A DNA stretch of 64,000 bases from a virus (taxonomy: Duplodnaviria > Caudoviricetes): the IMG/VR virus record IMGVR_UViG_3300035698_013504, positions 64,001-128,000 of that record, one strand, 5' to 3'. The notes under the pieces were generated by a model, which worked only from the letters and a program-made list of their open reading frames with translations, was not told the origin of the DNA and ran no database searches. The translations under genes and the position numbers were made by a program. Shown piece after piece: positions 63,417 through 64,000 of the stretch. Position 1 is the first letter of the stretch; the number at the start of each line of letters is the position of its first letter.

Positions 63417-64000
63417 ATGCGACTACTAACCGCTAAACTCAGTAACTTTTGTCAGCACAGAGACCTTACGGTTGGGTTCTCGCCTGGAGTCAACGGGATC
63501 TTCGGACCCAATGGCTGCGGCAAGTCCAACCTGCTCCGTGCAATCTATTTCGCGTTTACCGGCGAGACCCCTAACATCGGCTCTAAGTCCGATGACATCA
63601 GCAACGGCGCCGACAAGGGCTTTGTTGAGGTGGAGTTCGAGGTCAACGGAGAAGTGGGTTCTATCCGTCGTCAGCTGCGTACGTCTACATGCGTACTCAA
63701 GCTTGGCGATCAGCGCTTTGGCAGCGCGAAAGAAGTCAACGCTAACCTCTGGCCTATTCTTGGTGTGTCCAAGGATCTGCTAGGTCGTACGATCTTTGTT
63801 CACCAGGAACAGCTGGACTCTGTTATCTTCGAACGGCCCGCAGAGCGGAACGCCGCGTTTCAGCGCCTGTTCAAGACGTATCGTTCGGAGGAGATTAGAG
63901 AGGTACTCCATGGAGAACTCTCACGGGTTCAGGTTGTGTCCTACGATGAGCGTATTGACGAGATGGAGAGGGAGCTGCGCGAGGTTGTCTCTGTAGACCT
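63417..64000 (+). CDS. Rad50/SbcC-like ABC ATPase (N-terminal part, runs off the window)
   Basis: my translation MRLLTAKLSNFCQHRDLTVGFSPGVNGIFGPNGCGKSNLLRAIYFAFTG contains the Walker A and SbcC N-terminal pattern; absent from the ORF track because it is truncated. Confidence 0.9.
   Translation, partial: MRLLTAKLSNFCQHRDLTVGFSPGVNGIFGPNGCGKSNLLRAIYFAFTGETPNIGSKSDDISNGADKGFVEVEFEVNGEVGSIRRQLRTSTCVLKLGDQRFGSAKEVNANLWPILGVSKDLLGRTIFVHQEQLDSVIFERPAERNAAFQRLFKTYRSEEIREVLHGELSRVQVVSYDERIDEMERELREVVSVD

Noticed and set aside
1-64000. CRISPR array, tRNA/rRNA genes, DGR, integrase/transposase, homing endonuclease or intein
   Set aside because: No spaced direct repeats with unique spacers, no cloverleaf/T-loop-CCA pattern recognised (including 48629-48925), and no RT, recombinase, LAGLIDADG/HNH or intein motifs seen by eye; a covariance/HMM scan was not possible

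Overview
The window is a gene-dense, mostly + strand segment of a large myovirus-type (contractile-tailed, probably jumbo) bacteriophage genome with no recognisable close relatives. From ~0.1 to 40 kb it holds a virion module: head/neck accessory genes, tail terminator, enlarged sheath, tube, spike, frameshift-type tail chaperones, tape measure, baseplate hub and wedges, and a tandem array of fibre-like paralogs. A sigma-70-family factor sits inside the baseplate genes. Next come a five-gene glycosyltransferase/methyltransferase cluster (40.7-47.8 kb), a primase-like gene, a lambda-gpA-type terminase on the - strand, a MoxR AAA + VWA/peptidase pair, and Mre11/Rad50 (cut off at the window end). 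The main finding is at 2.5-6.3 kb. A LamG-domain virion-type protein carries 62 tandem Cys-X3-Asp units (Cys1 and Asp5 invariant) and is followed immediately by a radical SAM/SPASM enzyme. CX3D is the motif that the ranthipeptide maturase PapB cross-links, so this looks like RiPP-style thioether stapling applied to a phage structural protein. A second candidate system pairs poly-Ser and Pro/Thr tracts in at least eight virion proteins with the adjacent glycosyltransferase cluster, suggesting virion O-glycosylation. All functional calls come from motif recognition by eye; no database searches were run.
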